NCBI RefSeq assembly: GCF_001194135.2
Contig: NC_068999.1
Location: forward strand, 36,276,559-36,340,558
Source: Octopus bimaculoides
Taxonomy: Eukaryota
DNA: 64,000 nucleotides
Reading direction: 5' to 3'
How positions within the stretch are numbered: the stretch's first letter is position 1; every line of letters starts with the position of its first letter. This document shows, piece after piece, positions 12,689 to 24,368 of this stretch. The notes below the pieces were generated by a model. That model saw only the letters and a program-made list of their open reading frames with translations, made no database searches and was not told the origin of the DNA. The translations under genes were made by a program, and so were the position numbers.

Positions 12689-13715
12689 TATGTAACCTAC
12701 TATAATCAGAAATTTAGGACGGAGCGTAAAGTACATCCTGATACATTGTTAAATAGCAATGAAACCAGTGATTCGCTCTTCAGTCCAAGTTGCCATTCTG
12801 TTCGGTTTAATTTCCCAGAGAGAAGAAATACTTAAGTATATTTATGTATTCATAAGTGATGCTGTATTAATATCCAATATGTTCGCACGGTAGATATATT
12901 TAGTTTGGAACAAAGAAATACGAAAGTTACCAAAAGTAAACATTCTTCAACGATTAGTACACTTATGTGTTATTCATTCCACTTCAATAAATGGCCTTCG
13001 CTTTGATAAAACAGTCTTACAGATGATGTGTTTCATGCTTCTTAAGATAGATGCTGCTGGCCAATGTCTCAGGAACTTCCTTTCTTTGATAGCAATTCTT
13101 AATTCCATCAATATGTAAATGAGAAAACATGGTAGGAATGAAACACAAACACACTTTGAAGAGAATATTACTGTAAATCAATTTCGTTGTTTTACTGGTT
13201 TAATGTGTCTACTGCAGGGATTTGGCAGTTATGTTAACACCAACAGAAAGACAACCCAATTATTGTGCTAGGTTACCTATCTTGCTGGAAATAGCAAACA
13301 AATATTCCTCAAATCATATCCTACTGTCTCAAAAAGAAAGAATATTGAATAATATGGTTCAAGATACAGTGCGTCTCAAAGTACAAAAGAGGATGGACGC
13401 GATGGAAATAAATTTTGGACATAAGTTTTCTTGTTCAAAGCTGACTTGAGGTTAAATAACAATATAAACATCAATATCAACAATGTAGCGAATATAGCCT
13501 TTACATAGCTGCTCGATCTGCTTGAAATAGCTGCCAAGTCCAACAGTGCGCAGCTCACGATTTCTTTAAAAGAAGGACATAGGGAACAATGTAGTTCTAG
13601 ATAAAATATTTGTAAAAAAATAAAGAGAGAGGGGTCACACTTGGAAAAACTTTGACTTTAGTTCTACCTAATCAGCCCTAACGTAGGGTTAAACAACAAC
13701 AGCAATAACAACTGG

Positions 13716-13980
13716 TTTCAAATTTTGGTACTGGGCCAGCAAATTCGGGGAAATGGGATAGTCCATTACATCGACTTTCAGTACTCAGCTGGTACATATT
13801 TCATCGAGTCGACTCCGAAAGGAAAAAAGACGATGTCGACCACGGCGCTCATTTGAACGCAGAACGTAAAAACCGAGTCGATTTTGCTTTCCATTGTTTC
13901 GGGGTTGAGTACTGGGGTTGATGCAATCGACTTGCCCAACCGTCCCGAGCATACTGGCTTTGTGCTGAAATTTAAAACCA
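13716..13980. mobile_element. Head-to-head pair of 5'-truncated SINE A copies (fold-back)
   Basis: 13716-13870 is a minus copy and 13872-13980 a plus copy; both keep the ..AAATTT(G/A)AAAC tail. Confidence 0.75.
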
Positions 13981-13995
13981 ATATGTTTTAACACT

Positions 13996-14054
<59 letters not shown>

Positions 14055-14130
14055 NNNNNNNNNNNNNNNNNNNNNNNNNNNNNNNNNNNNNNNNNNNNNN
14101 NNNNNNNNNNNNNNNNNNNNNNNNNNNNNN

Positions 14131-14177
<47 letters not shown>

Positions 14178-15959
14178 ATGTGTGTGAGTGTACATGTGTG
14201 TATGCGTGTATCTTCTAATCTACAGTTGCAAACATTTAAGTTTCAAAGTCTGTCTTTATGTTTAACATTTTTATTGTCAGTTACTTTTAACACCGTTGCT
14301 TCGTTGGGAAAATATTTATGCCATGTTTGTTGAAGCCACGACTACTATTATAACGTAGGCGAGCATCTGTTCCTGCTATCTCTCAAGATATTTATCTTGG
14401 AACAAGTGTGAATATTGCAATAGTGCCAAATAGGGCAACGGATGAAGTCTAACACCGAAGTAGAGATAGAGAGAGAGGGGAACAGAGGAAGAGAAGAGGG
14501 ATAGGAATAGGATACATAGAGCTGAAACCAATACTGAAATATTTCCCATCTGATAATCTTTCAAATCCGTCAGTTCACCACCGAGACGACCAATCCTGGA
14601 AGGTTGAAAAACAAAATTGACATCTGCAGTATTTGAATTCAGAACGCAATAATCCACAATAAATGCAGCTAGTCATTTCGTCTGACACACCTAAAGACTG
14701 AACTAGTTCGCCACTGAGAGCCAGAAAAGCGTGGTATGATGAATGGTGAATTTTGAAAGAATCAACATTCGCAAAATATTCATTTCTGCATTAATGAAAT
14801 TATCACCTGCCTCAATATATTCCGTGTAGCAGAAGTTGTAGTAGTAACCTTAATGATAGTTGCTGTATCACAAGTTTTGTAACTTGGGATTGAAACCTAA
14901 CAGATCGAGCTTATAATACATCATAACACTTGAAATCTGTAAAATCATCACTTATTACAGAACAAATCGGATATGTAACGAATGTAGAAACTAAGAAGAG
15001 AAGATCTCAGGAGAATACTAAGTGTTGGAGAACAGTTTGAGAAAACAATTATTCATGTTGCACACATTTGGAATTCACAAGAAAACATGCTGCAACCCGT
15101 TGCGGAATATGACATCAAGAAAGGTCATAAATCAATCAGGAGGACAGCAGCAAACTTATCACGTGAATTAGAATTAGATATCCAACCAGCAGTGAAAATT
15201 TCAAGCCACTGCAGTGATTAATATGGACATACAAATAGCGAATCGGGTGACTGTATAGAAATAAAATAGCAAACATCTAGGCTTTTAATGGACAGTTCTT
15301 TTGTGACAAACCACATATATAAATAAATAATTCTTCCTGTGATAAAAAAAAATACGTACAAATATCCATACTAACTTGAAAAATAGAGGTGTAAGTAACA
15401 CAGTTTCTGAATATCGTTGTTGGATATGTAGAAATGATCAGCTAGAGATTATAAAACGACATTGATAAACACAAGCTTCTAGCGGTCGGTTTCCTGAAAC
15501 TATGCGGGATATCGACTATTATAGCACTTTATAAGATATACTTGTGGACATAACTATGTAACAAAATAGCATTTTGTATACCCATATGGCAAACATATAC
15601 GGTGCCTTATGAAACTTCTGTCAAAAACTCCATCAATTTCTATAAAACGCCATTTATTTCCTGAACGTAACAGTGCAAAGATGGAGACGTTTTGAAAAAT
15701 CAAAGATAATGTCTTAATAATTGACTTAACAATGACGAGTAGATATAATGTAGGCTTCCAATGAGCTGCGAGCTTAATTAGCTGTACTGGCTTCTTAGCT
15801 AGAAGAATAGTACACATAGCCTTCACGCACGAGCGAGTATGGCATTGGAACATATATGAGGCTTTCGTTAATTGTTTTAGTTGCCCAATTGTTTCGTTAA
15901 TTGTTTTAGTCGCGAGCAGACGTATACACTCTCCCGGTCTGCTCATACTTGACGCAGAT

Positions 15960-17290
15960 ATATCACATTCAACAAACTGTCTAACTTAAGAAGACACATT
16001 ATTAAAACGAAAATACATCAACAATTGAAATAGAATATTTAAAAGAAACAATACATTACTAAAACACAAATAACTATAGCAAAACACCTAACAAGAATAT
16101 ATGCACTAAGATTGTAATTCACAAATATAGAACTAGGAAAAGTGACATACACGAAATAAATAAAGAAATCCTAGAATAGCACAGAAATTTTACAGAAGCA
16201 AAGTTATAATTAGATGAAAAATATATGGAAATTTTTTAAATAGGAAATTCTAGAGACGAAAATCATGATCCTGGTTCTCTAAACCTAAACCGTAATTCAA
16301 GAATTCAGAGCTATATATTTCCTATGAACCAGCCTAAGCACCTTCTAAAGATAAATCTTAATAAACTGGCAACAGCAATACTAAAAACATAAACTTGATT
16401 ATTACAGGTTTAATTGAAATATACTCAGTGTGGATATTACCAAGTTAAATGAATTAATATATGGAACATCCACTAAGGTTACAAAGGATGGTAATCTCAT
16501 TCATAAAGGAGTATCAAACCCCAAACAAATAACATGGGCAAATAATATTCGAAAATCTATAGAAAATAAAATAAAGGATCTTTCAAGTCTTAATGAACTT
16601 AATAGTGAAACAGTATTATCAAAAAGAGAAAGTGAAGCACTTAGTGCAGAAAAAAGACGTAACAAAAAAGGTGTACCTGAAATGAAATAGCAACTAAAAT
16701 CAGAAACCCTCGATATATCGCAACAAATCCATCGATATGAAAAAGTACAATAATTATTTGAGTGAAACAAACACAAGCAGTTCGGCTCTAACGCAAAACG
16801 GTTTTATCGAAGACTTGGTAAAAATAAAAGAGAGGTCAAAGCAGCAGCATCGACAAGAAAAGTAAAGGATTCGGGGGAAGGAGTATGAACAGCGAAAGAA
16901 TCAGCACGAAAACTGCTAGTGAAAACAACGAATATTGTAACAGAACGACCATGAGAGTCCATACTACCAAGGAGTATTACGTTTCCCCAGAGAGTGCAAA
17001 AAAAAAAAAGGAAAACGTAGACCTCGATGGCACCCAGGCATAACACCATCCCAAAATTCTGGTTCAGATATCTAACAGAGGCGTGTAAGACAATAGCAGA
17101 GAATTTAAAGGACGGGACCACAGACAGTAGGTGATAGGGAAAAAGCATCATAATCATTCTGTATGGCATTCAAGCTTTTGACGTACATGCTGAACGAAAC
17201 TGAGTGTTGATATGATACACAATAGAAACGTTACTGCGGATAGTACACGCATTTATCAACTACGTAGATCAAAACTAAATATGAGATACA
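15960..17290 (+). mobile_element. R4/Dong-clade non-LTR retrotransposon, decayed N-terminal and RT region
   Basis: Translations LSNLRRHII, WANNIRKSIENKIKDLSSL, QFGSNAKRFYRRLG, SMAPRHNTIPKFWFRYL and KLLTYML resemble the R4/Dong ORF; multiple stops and deletions. Confidence 0.75.
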
Positions 17291-17421
17291 GCTTAGAACA
17301 TGTCAAAGTGACTTTGAGAACATAAATATAATACTAGATAAAATAAAAACGGAAATGAGAACATTAAAAAAAACACAAACATAGAAATACTTAGGAACCA
17401 ATGAGATAAACAAGATGGTGA

Positions 17422-17721
17422 GAGCACTCCGTCGGTTACGACGACGAGGGTCTCAGCGGAACGGACTGCTCGTGAAATTAACGTGCAAGTGACTGAGCAA
17501 TCCGCAGACACAGGTACCCCCGACGTAGTTCTCAGGGAGACTCAGCGTGACAAGGCCGACCCCTTTGAAATACAGGTACTACTCATTTTTGCCAGCTGAG
17601 TGGACTAGAGCAATGTGAAATAAAGTGTCTTGCTCAAGGACTCAACGCGTCACCGGGAATCGAACTCATGACCTTATGATCGTGAGTCGAATGCCCTAAC
17701 CACTGAGCCACGCGCCTTCAC
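17422..17721 (-). mobile_element. tRNA-headed SINE family D, full length
   Basis: Minus strand starts GTGAAGGCGCGTGGCTCAGTGGTTAGG (A box), has GAGTTCGATTCC (B box) and CCTTGAGCAAGACACT core, and ends CCCTCGTCGTCGTAACCGACGGAGTGC; second copy at 41012-41190. Confidence 0.85.
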
Positions 17722-17859
17722 TGATAAACAAGGTACAATGCATACAAATAAAGGAAAAGATTAGGAAACAGTATTTAAATGTTCAAGCTTAATACTTAAA
17801 ACAGTGTTAAATGCAAAATATAATGTTATAGACATCAATACTCTGTTTCGGTAATGATT

Positions 17860-18868
17860 TTAACTCCTAACGTTCTCAGTTGGATATTAATCAACCTAGC
17901 TAGATTAAATGCGAAAACAAGAAGCCTTATGACTCAGTGTTTCAGCACAAGTTTTACACACTATATGAGTTACCCAGGATTTGTCTTGATCTAAATTCAT
18001 ACCAAAGTAACTAAGGTAAACATTTTTCACAAAATCAGTGATTTCCTTTCGCTGCCTAAGTAATGTGTAACATCCACAAATATAACAGAAGACATCGGTG
18101 CAGTTTTTTTCATTTTCTCCTCTCACAACTGGCCATATTTCTTAAACGCAAAACATATATTCAAACCAGTTGTCACTTGTGAAAAAGCATTAACAAAATT
18201 TTCAACAGTTATAAAGTAAGTAAATGCAGATTTGTGATGCAAAGAGCATACATGCTATAAAGGTCTGTATACAGTTCTCTGACAATGCTTGACAGAAAGT
18301 TACCATGACCTATGTATATGACCTCACAATTAAAACATTAAGGACGCATTCGAAATGCCAATTTTCATAAGAAATAGTTAAAGGTGCACCTGGATTGCGA
18401 TGATAGTTATACTAAATCAAGCACAGTGTGGGAACATCGACAGACAAACTCCACAAATATGAGACATGCATGATGTCAAGGACCACAGAAGTGTGTTGTT
18501 TATTAACATCTAATTCCACAAAGATAATTTCTACCGTCACCATATGTAAAACCGGTCAGATTGAAAACAGTGAAAGTAGCACAAGTTTGACGCTTTTTAT
18601 TTCTGAAGATATATAATCATGACTTTTTTCTTCACATTGTAGTTGCATTTATTTCAAATGCTATTGAAAAGCTATGTTGTTTTAAGTTTTGTCACGCGCC
18701 ATATATTGGCTTGCATTTGAATTAGTCAAATCTATCCTAAGAAATGGTGGTGAAAATATTGGAAATGCTGCAAAACAGACATTTGAGTTTGTGAAAAATA
18801 TTACTGGGAAATATGTCTCCAACACCACACAACAGAAACCTTGTTCCCAGAGTAATACTTTGGAAATG
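17860..18868 (-). mobile_element. Chapaev-3-like (CMC) DNA transposon, 5' end with transposase N-terminus
   Basis: Minus ORF 17905-18126 DVFCYICGCYTL..ITDFVKNVYLSYFG..DQDKSWVTHIVCKTC matches a recurrent Cys-rich transposase N-terminus (superfamily name from recall); terminal segments 18799-18868 and 18361-18402 recur inverted at 22585-22736. Confidence 0.65.
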
Positions 18869-18990
18869 TAGGGTATCAAAAATATATATTTAGGGTATAA
18901 AAAACATATACCAACTATGCTAGAAAGAAGACTCAACTCTCCAACGCCACATATTTCTTACTATATACAAAACACGCAGGGTGAATGTAG

Positions 18991-19211
18991 AGAATATAAG
19001 AAACAAAATAACCCTTCCCTTTGCAAAAATACAAAAGTGTAGTCATCTCAGTATAAACTGATTTCATCTTTAGTGCCAAACACTTAAGATCATCAGCTTA
19101 GTTTACTATATACAACACTTTTTTCAAAATATATACGGTACACAAGCAGTTGTCGGAAAATGTCATCACGGCATTATCTACCAATGAGACTAGAACATTG
19201 TTATATATATA

Positions 19212-19286
<75 letters not shown>

Positions 19287-19682
19287 NNNNNNNNNNNNNN
19301 NNNNNNNNNNNNNNNNNNNNNNNNNNNNNNNNNNNNNNNNNNNNNNNNNNNNNNNNNNNNNNNNNNNNNNNNNNNNNNNNNNNNNNNNNNNNNNNNNNNN
19401 NNNNNNNNNNNNNNNNNNNNNNNNNNNNNNNNNNNNNNNNNNNNNNNNNNNNNNAGAATATAAGAAACAAAATAACCCTTCCCTTTGCAAAAATACAAAA
19501 GTGTAGTCATCTCAGTATAAACTGATTTCATCTTTAGTGCCAAACACTTAAGATCATCAGCTTAGTTTACTATATACAACACTTTTTTCAAAATATATAC
19601 GGTACACAAGCAGTTGTCGGAAAATGTCATCACGGCATTATCTACCAATGAGACTAGAACATTGTTATATATATATGTATAT
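18991..19682. repeat. 228-bp duplication on both sides of a gap
   Basis: 18991-19218 and 19455-19682 read as identical and are separated by (GT)n plus Ns. Confidence 0.9.
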
Positions 19683-20869
19683 ATATATTTGTATGATGTG
19701 TGTATGTATGTGTCTGTCTGTCTGACATCTGTTGACTGGTGGGAATGTTATATCTATGAAGACAAAACTGGAGGTAAGCGCAAGCGAGACCTTCGAGATT
19801 GTTATTATATTGAGTTTATCGTCTGATAGGCTTGTTTTTCACTTGGTTGACTGCATACATTTGCCGAGTACACTAACGTCTTCTATAAAAAAGAATTCAT
19901 CCGCAGGACTGTTAAATGCACGTAATGTGCAGTTGCAAGACGTCTTCAAACAAAGTACAGCTTACAGTGCCATTGTAACTTACCAGCAGATTTATTTAAT
20001 TATCTCCCTTTACCTTTCACACGTATGCGAGTTTCTTTTTTTCTTTTTCCAGATTACTAAGTAACAAAAACTAACAAACCACCTATCTTTTTTGAGTATT
20101 ACAGTTCTCTCTTACGTGTACTTAGTAATAGAAAAAATAGATCCACAAATTATTGGAATTGATACTTCACGAGTTAACGGGATCGAATTCGCTGGCTCGT
20201 TGTACTGGGGACAATATTTCACATCGATTTAAAAAGTTAAAACCGGTGGAAGATGCTCCTAAGCAGCTTGCTTCCTACCCTAGACGAAGATATACTTACA
20301 GCAACATAGGACAGTTGGAAAAAGTACTTGTATTACCATGGGGGAACCGTTGTTAAACGAAAGATTATCTCACTTTTAACAAAACATTTGTCAATGAAAA
20401 CTACTGCCAACTCGTGGAACCCAGTTACAACTAAATAGACTGTGGCTTGGAGCCATTTGGCAACAAGCACTACATTCAATCGATTCAACAAACAAGCTGC
20501 AACTATAGAGGAAATTATTATAGTTAATTAATTGTTAACCTTAATTATGTAAGGTCAGGGAATATGTGAACGGAAAGAATGGAAGAAAATAAAACACAAA
20601 AGATGAAAAAAAGTAATGAAAATGCTTTTTTATTCTTTTTCATGGCAATTGATAACGTTTTCTTAATCTAACATGAAACAAAAACAAGTTAGCGGAAATT
20701 GCTTCATGAAATCTTGTGTAATATGCGGAGTGAAAGAAGATGTGTCTCTGATCACATAGACCGATTATGGCAGTATCGATTAGTTATTAGAATCATAGCT
20801 AATTATATGGAAGCTTGTGAATAACGTTTGCTTTTTATATTGTTGTTTACACCATTTTTATTTACTATA

Positions 20870-20906
20870 TTATTATTATTTGTTGATATTGTTGTTGTTG
20901 TTGTTG

Positions 20907-20963
<57 letters not shown>
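20870..20963. repeat. Compound (GTT)n(ATT)n microsatellite
   Basis: Directly visible. Confidence 0.95.
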
Positions 20964-20964
<1 letters not shown>

Positions 20965-21677
20965 CAATTTTATTTTGATTTCTTATATTGGCACAAGGCT
21001 AGATAATGTATCATGCAGAAAAATAAACCATTTAGCCAATTCCCAGTACAATCCCCAATAGATTAGGACTAAAAGTATAAAAGAATGTATTAAGTACAAC
21101 AAAAGCGTTTAAAACTGCTCTCCACTAATTCCACTACCCTCCATCCCTTTCGTAATAACAATTTCAATGTTTGGTTAGCTGAGTGGATTTGCAGATAGAC
21201 TACCAAAATTTGGTTTCGTACATCTAGGCAAATTTCTGGTTTCAAATTTGAGTGAGACTTTTTGTCTGATTTTCATCATATGCTTGATAAAATTAGCATC
21301 ATTTGTGCTAAGCACCCATAAATATTACGTGTATAACTATTTCATTGAAATAACTATTCTCCCATCATTATTGTATTCCCTTCTGCAACTGAGCTAGGTA
21401 TTTATAGGGTTTATTTTAAGAGTAGAGGTGAAATATTTTCTGGAAAAAGAATTAGAGCGATTCCCAAATATTTTGGCATTAAAAGGAAGGTTATAGCCCA
21501 TATAGATTGTCGAACGTATAGAATTTAAAACTATACATATCGGTGGATAGTAAAGGCCTTACACAATTCTGGAACCTTCTGTATCTTTAAAAAAAAATCA
21601 GATATTTTATTTTGATAGAAGGCTGTAGAAATATTTAAGAATATGTCTTCTGTTCGATTAGTATAAGGGCTGGGAAT

Positions 21678-22110
21678 TGGCAGAATCGTTAGGAAGTTAA
21701 AGAAAATGCGTTGAAGTATGTATTCCCTATCTTTATGTTCTGAGATCAAATCCGACCAAAATCAATTTTGCGCTTCATCCTTTCAGAGTTGATAAAATAA
21801 GGAACTTTCCAAGTACTGGGGGCCACATAACCACTAAAGGTCCTCTCCTTGGATTTGCTGGCATTGGACATAAATTTGAAATTATTCCAGGCGATAAGAT
21901 GGCAGAATCGTTATAGCATCGGACTGAATGCTTGCTGTATTATTTTCCGGTTCCTTATATTCTACGTTCAAATCCTGTCCGAGGCAACTTTACTTTGCAT
22001 CCCTCCAAGATAAAGAAAATGCAGTACCGGTCAAGTATTGTTGTAGATGGTATCGACTAAACTCCTACCCTTAGAACTGCTAGCCTTGTGATTAAAGCAG
22101 AAACCACTAT
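21678..22110 (+). mobile_element. Two tandem degraded SINE A copies
   Basis: TGGCAGAATCGTTA heads near 21678 and 21900, each followed by GTTC..AAAT and CATCC motifs and a CCTTGTG-like tail. Confidence 0.7.
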
Positions 22111-22129
22111 TGTTCATTGTTCTGGAAGT

Positions 22130-22340
22130 TAATTGCTTTTCCATTTTTAACGTATATATTGTCGTCGGTTAGAATTGATCAATCGATATGAGGAAGTTTC
22201 TTTTTCCTGATTGTTTTTGACAACAATATCTTATCGATTTACCTTAATCTTTCTGTCTATGTGAATTGGCATGTTCCAGACTTTCTTTTTCAATCTGGTT
22301 ATCTCTGTTTTCATGTGTCTATATCGGGATAGTTCCTCCA
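22130..22340 (-). mobile_element. R4/Dong endonuclease-region fragment
   Basis: Minus translation EELSRYRHMKTEITR..WNMPIHIDRKIKVNR*DIVVKNNQEK..TDDNI matches the restriction-like endonuclease region (WD..I.TDR.I.ANRPDIVV). Confidence 0.75.
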
Positions 22341-22584
22341 TTTATGAAATGCATATTATTGTTGTTCTTGTTATTATTGTTGTTGTTCATTTGTGTTATT
22401 GTAATATTACCTGCTTTCACTGCACTATTGCGTTCACTTCTGTATACACTGAGTGCGTGCATTGTTTTATTGTGGTTTTATTTTTACTGCATTAAATATA
22501 CCCTTCCAAGCGGTGTAATTTTCTGAGTGTTGTACATATTTGTAAGTCTTGCGATTGTGGTTATGTATTTGCCTGCTTGTTGAT

Positions 22585-22740
22585 CATTTCCAAAGTATTA
22601 CTTGTAAACAAGGTTTTTGTTGTTTAGTGTTGGAGACATGTTTCCCAGTAATTTTGGAATGCTGATTTCAAACATGGAATCCATTTTGTTTTAACATCGC
22701 AAACCAGGTGCACCTTTAACTATTTCTTATGAAAATCACA
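22585..22740 (+). mobile_element. Second Chapaev-like terminal segment
   Basis: About 85% identical to the reverse complement of 18799-18868, and 41/42 identical to the reverse complement of 18361-18402. Confidence 0.7.
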
Positions 22741-23039
22741 CATGCAAAAATGAAACAAACGCGCAATACAGCGAAAAAAATATTAAAAATAACCGTTAAC
22801 AAATATGGCTGTATAAACGCCCTCGCGTAAGCTGCATGGTACGTGTACACTCGCTCATACAAGCATCCGCGAAAATGTAAGCACACGTACACGCGTGGTT
22901 TGGTACACTCACGATCACAAAGCGAAGTAAATAGCTACTTGGTGTTTATAAGAACGAGGAAGTTAATACTAAACTAAATTCCATCCATACCTGAATGTAA
23001 ATTATGTTAAAACTTACTCAAATTCATTCCCACTACACT

Positions 23040-23340
23040 GTGCGAAAGTATATTTATATGCGTGTAGGCATGTTGTGAGTCTTTCAGAGATTCTATTAAT
23101 GATATTCTCATTAGTCCACAGAATAGGCAGGGACTCCTCGGAGCAGATTCAGTATGACCTGGAAATTTTATCGCATGGTTTCGCGTGCTTTACTATGGAC
23201 CAAGTTATGTTGTAATTCATTTTATCCTCCTTTGACAGATTTTGTATGGCGACTGAAGGAGGTTTTGTCCGCACGTTCAAAATGGTCTCAAAATCTATGC
23301 CACCAATTGTGCGCACATTATCGCCAGCATAGTATTCAGT
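23040..23340 (-). mobile_element. Penelope-like element, GIY-YIG C-terminal fragment
   Basis: Minus translation (one frameshift) TSFSRH..MNYNITWSIVKHAKPCDKISRSY*ICSEE..ENIINR.SE..CLHAYKY matches the PLE endonuclease tail. Confidence 0.7.
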
Positions 23341-23944
23341 ATATGAAACTAGGCTGCATTATTCATTCCGATTCCCAGATCAAGCACTCAAAATTAGCTG
23401 AATATATGATCCAAGAATCACATCTCGAGGATTAAAGACGTGTTTTTAATACGTAAAACTTGAAGTAATGCATACTGCGGTGAATCATTACGCAGACATA
23501 CAGATATATGTGAAAATGTATATATACATACATACATATATATACATATATATACATATACAGATATATATATACATATATATACATATATACATATACA
23601 TATACCTATATATATACATGTATATGTATATATATATGTATATATAGATATATTTATATATATGCATNNNNNNNNNNNNNNNNNNNNNAATAAGAGGAAT
23701 GACCAGCAAAAGTGGACTCCTATATGCTAGAAATAGATGCCTAATCATCTAACCACGAAAAAAATATGTTCTCAGTAAAAATTTAGCGACACAACAGATT
23801 GTAAAATGGCAAGACAAATGAAAAAATACTAAATAAAAAAAAACGATTAACCTACGTACCATGGTTTCATCTGTTAAAATTTACATAAGTAAATATCTGC
23901 AGGATCATCAGCGTAGTCTATCGATTTGAAATATAATTATAACC

Positions 23945-24315
23945 ATCATGACTACTCGTCTGATAAGGGTACACCAGGCACATGCATCATAACCATATGT
24001 GCGCAACATGGTGATCTCATATAAAGATAAACAGCGCATGACCTTGCAGGTGGAGCCCAGTTAGAATATTCGTCAGGTCGAGTAGCCCATCCCGATTTAA
24101 AGGTCCTTGAATAAGGTTTGTTTAAGGATGTTAAGCAAAACATCAATGTTTCCAAAGGTGAATTATTCAAACCCCAAAGAATTCCTCTCAGCACATGGCT
24201 ATCATGCTCCCCCACTCCCACTACTTCTGCTCATGATCAAAGGTGTACATATCGTCAACCACCAAGGCACATGCTCAACTGGTTAAGGTCAAACAACTCA
24301 CAAGCAAATCTGTGT
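23945..24315 (+). mobile_element. Unclassified interspersed repeat, partial copy
   Basis: Homologous in reverse orientation to 50105-50640 (GGGTACACCAGGCACATGCATC, GAGTAGCCCATCCC, CTACTTCTGCTC, GGTTAAGGTCAAACAAC); strand is arbitrary. Confidence 0.8.
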
Positions 24316-24322
24316 ACATTCC

Positions 24323-24368
<46 letters not shown>

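Noticed and set aside
13021-13170. Possible minus-strand exon (..LMELRIAIKERKFLRHW.., donor CT|GTAAGA)
   Set aside because: Weak acceptor, two open frames and no recognisable protein family.
17660-17721. tRNA-like A and B boxes (also 45369, 63840)
   Set aside because: They are SINE heads; no complete cloverleaf, so no tRNA gene is called.
18689-18871. Apparent terminal exon LSRAIYWLAFELVKSILRNGGENIG..
   Set aside because: Its 3' third is the transposon terminal block that recurs inverted at 22585-22656.
23154-23435. Plus-strand ORF with a good acceptor at 23238
   Set aside because: It is antisense to the Penelope GIY-YIG remnant.
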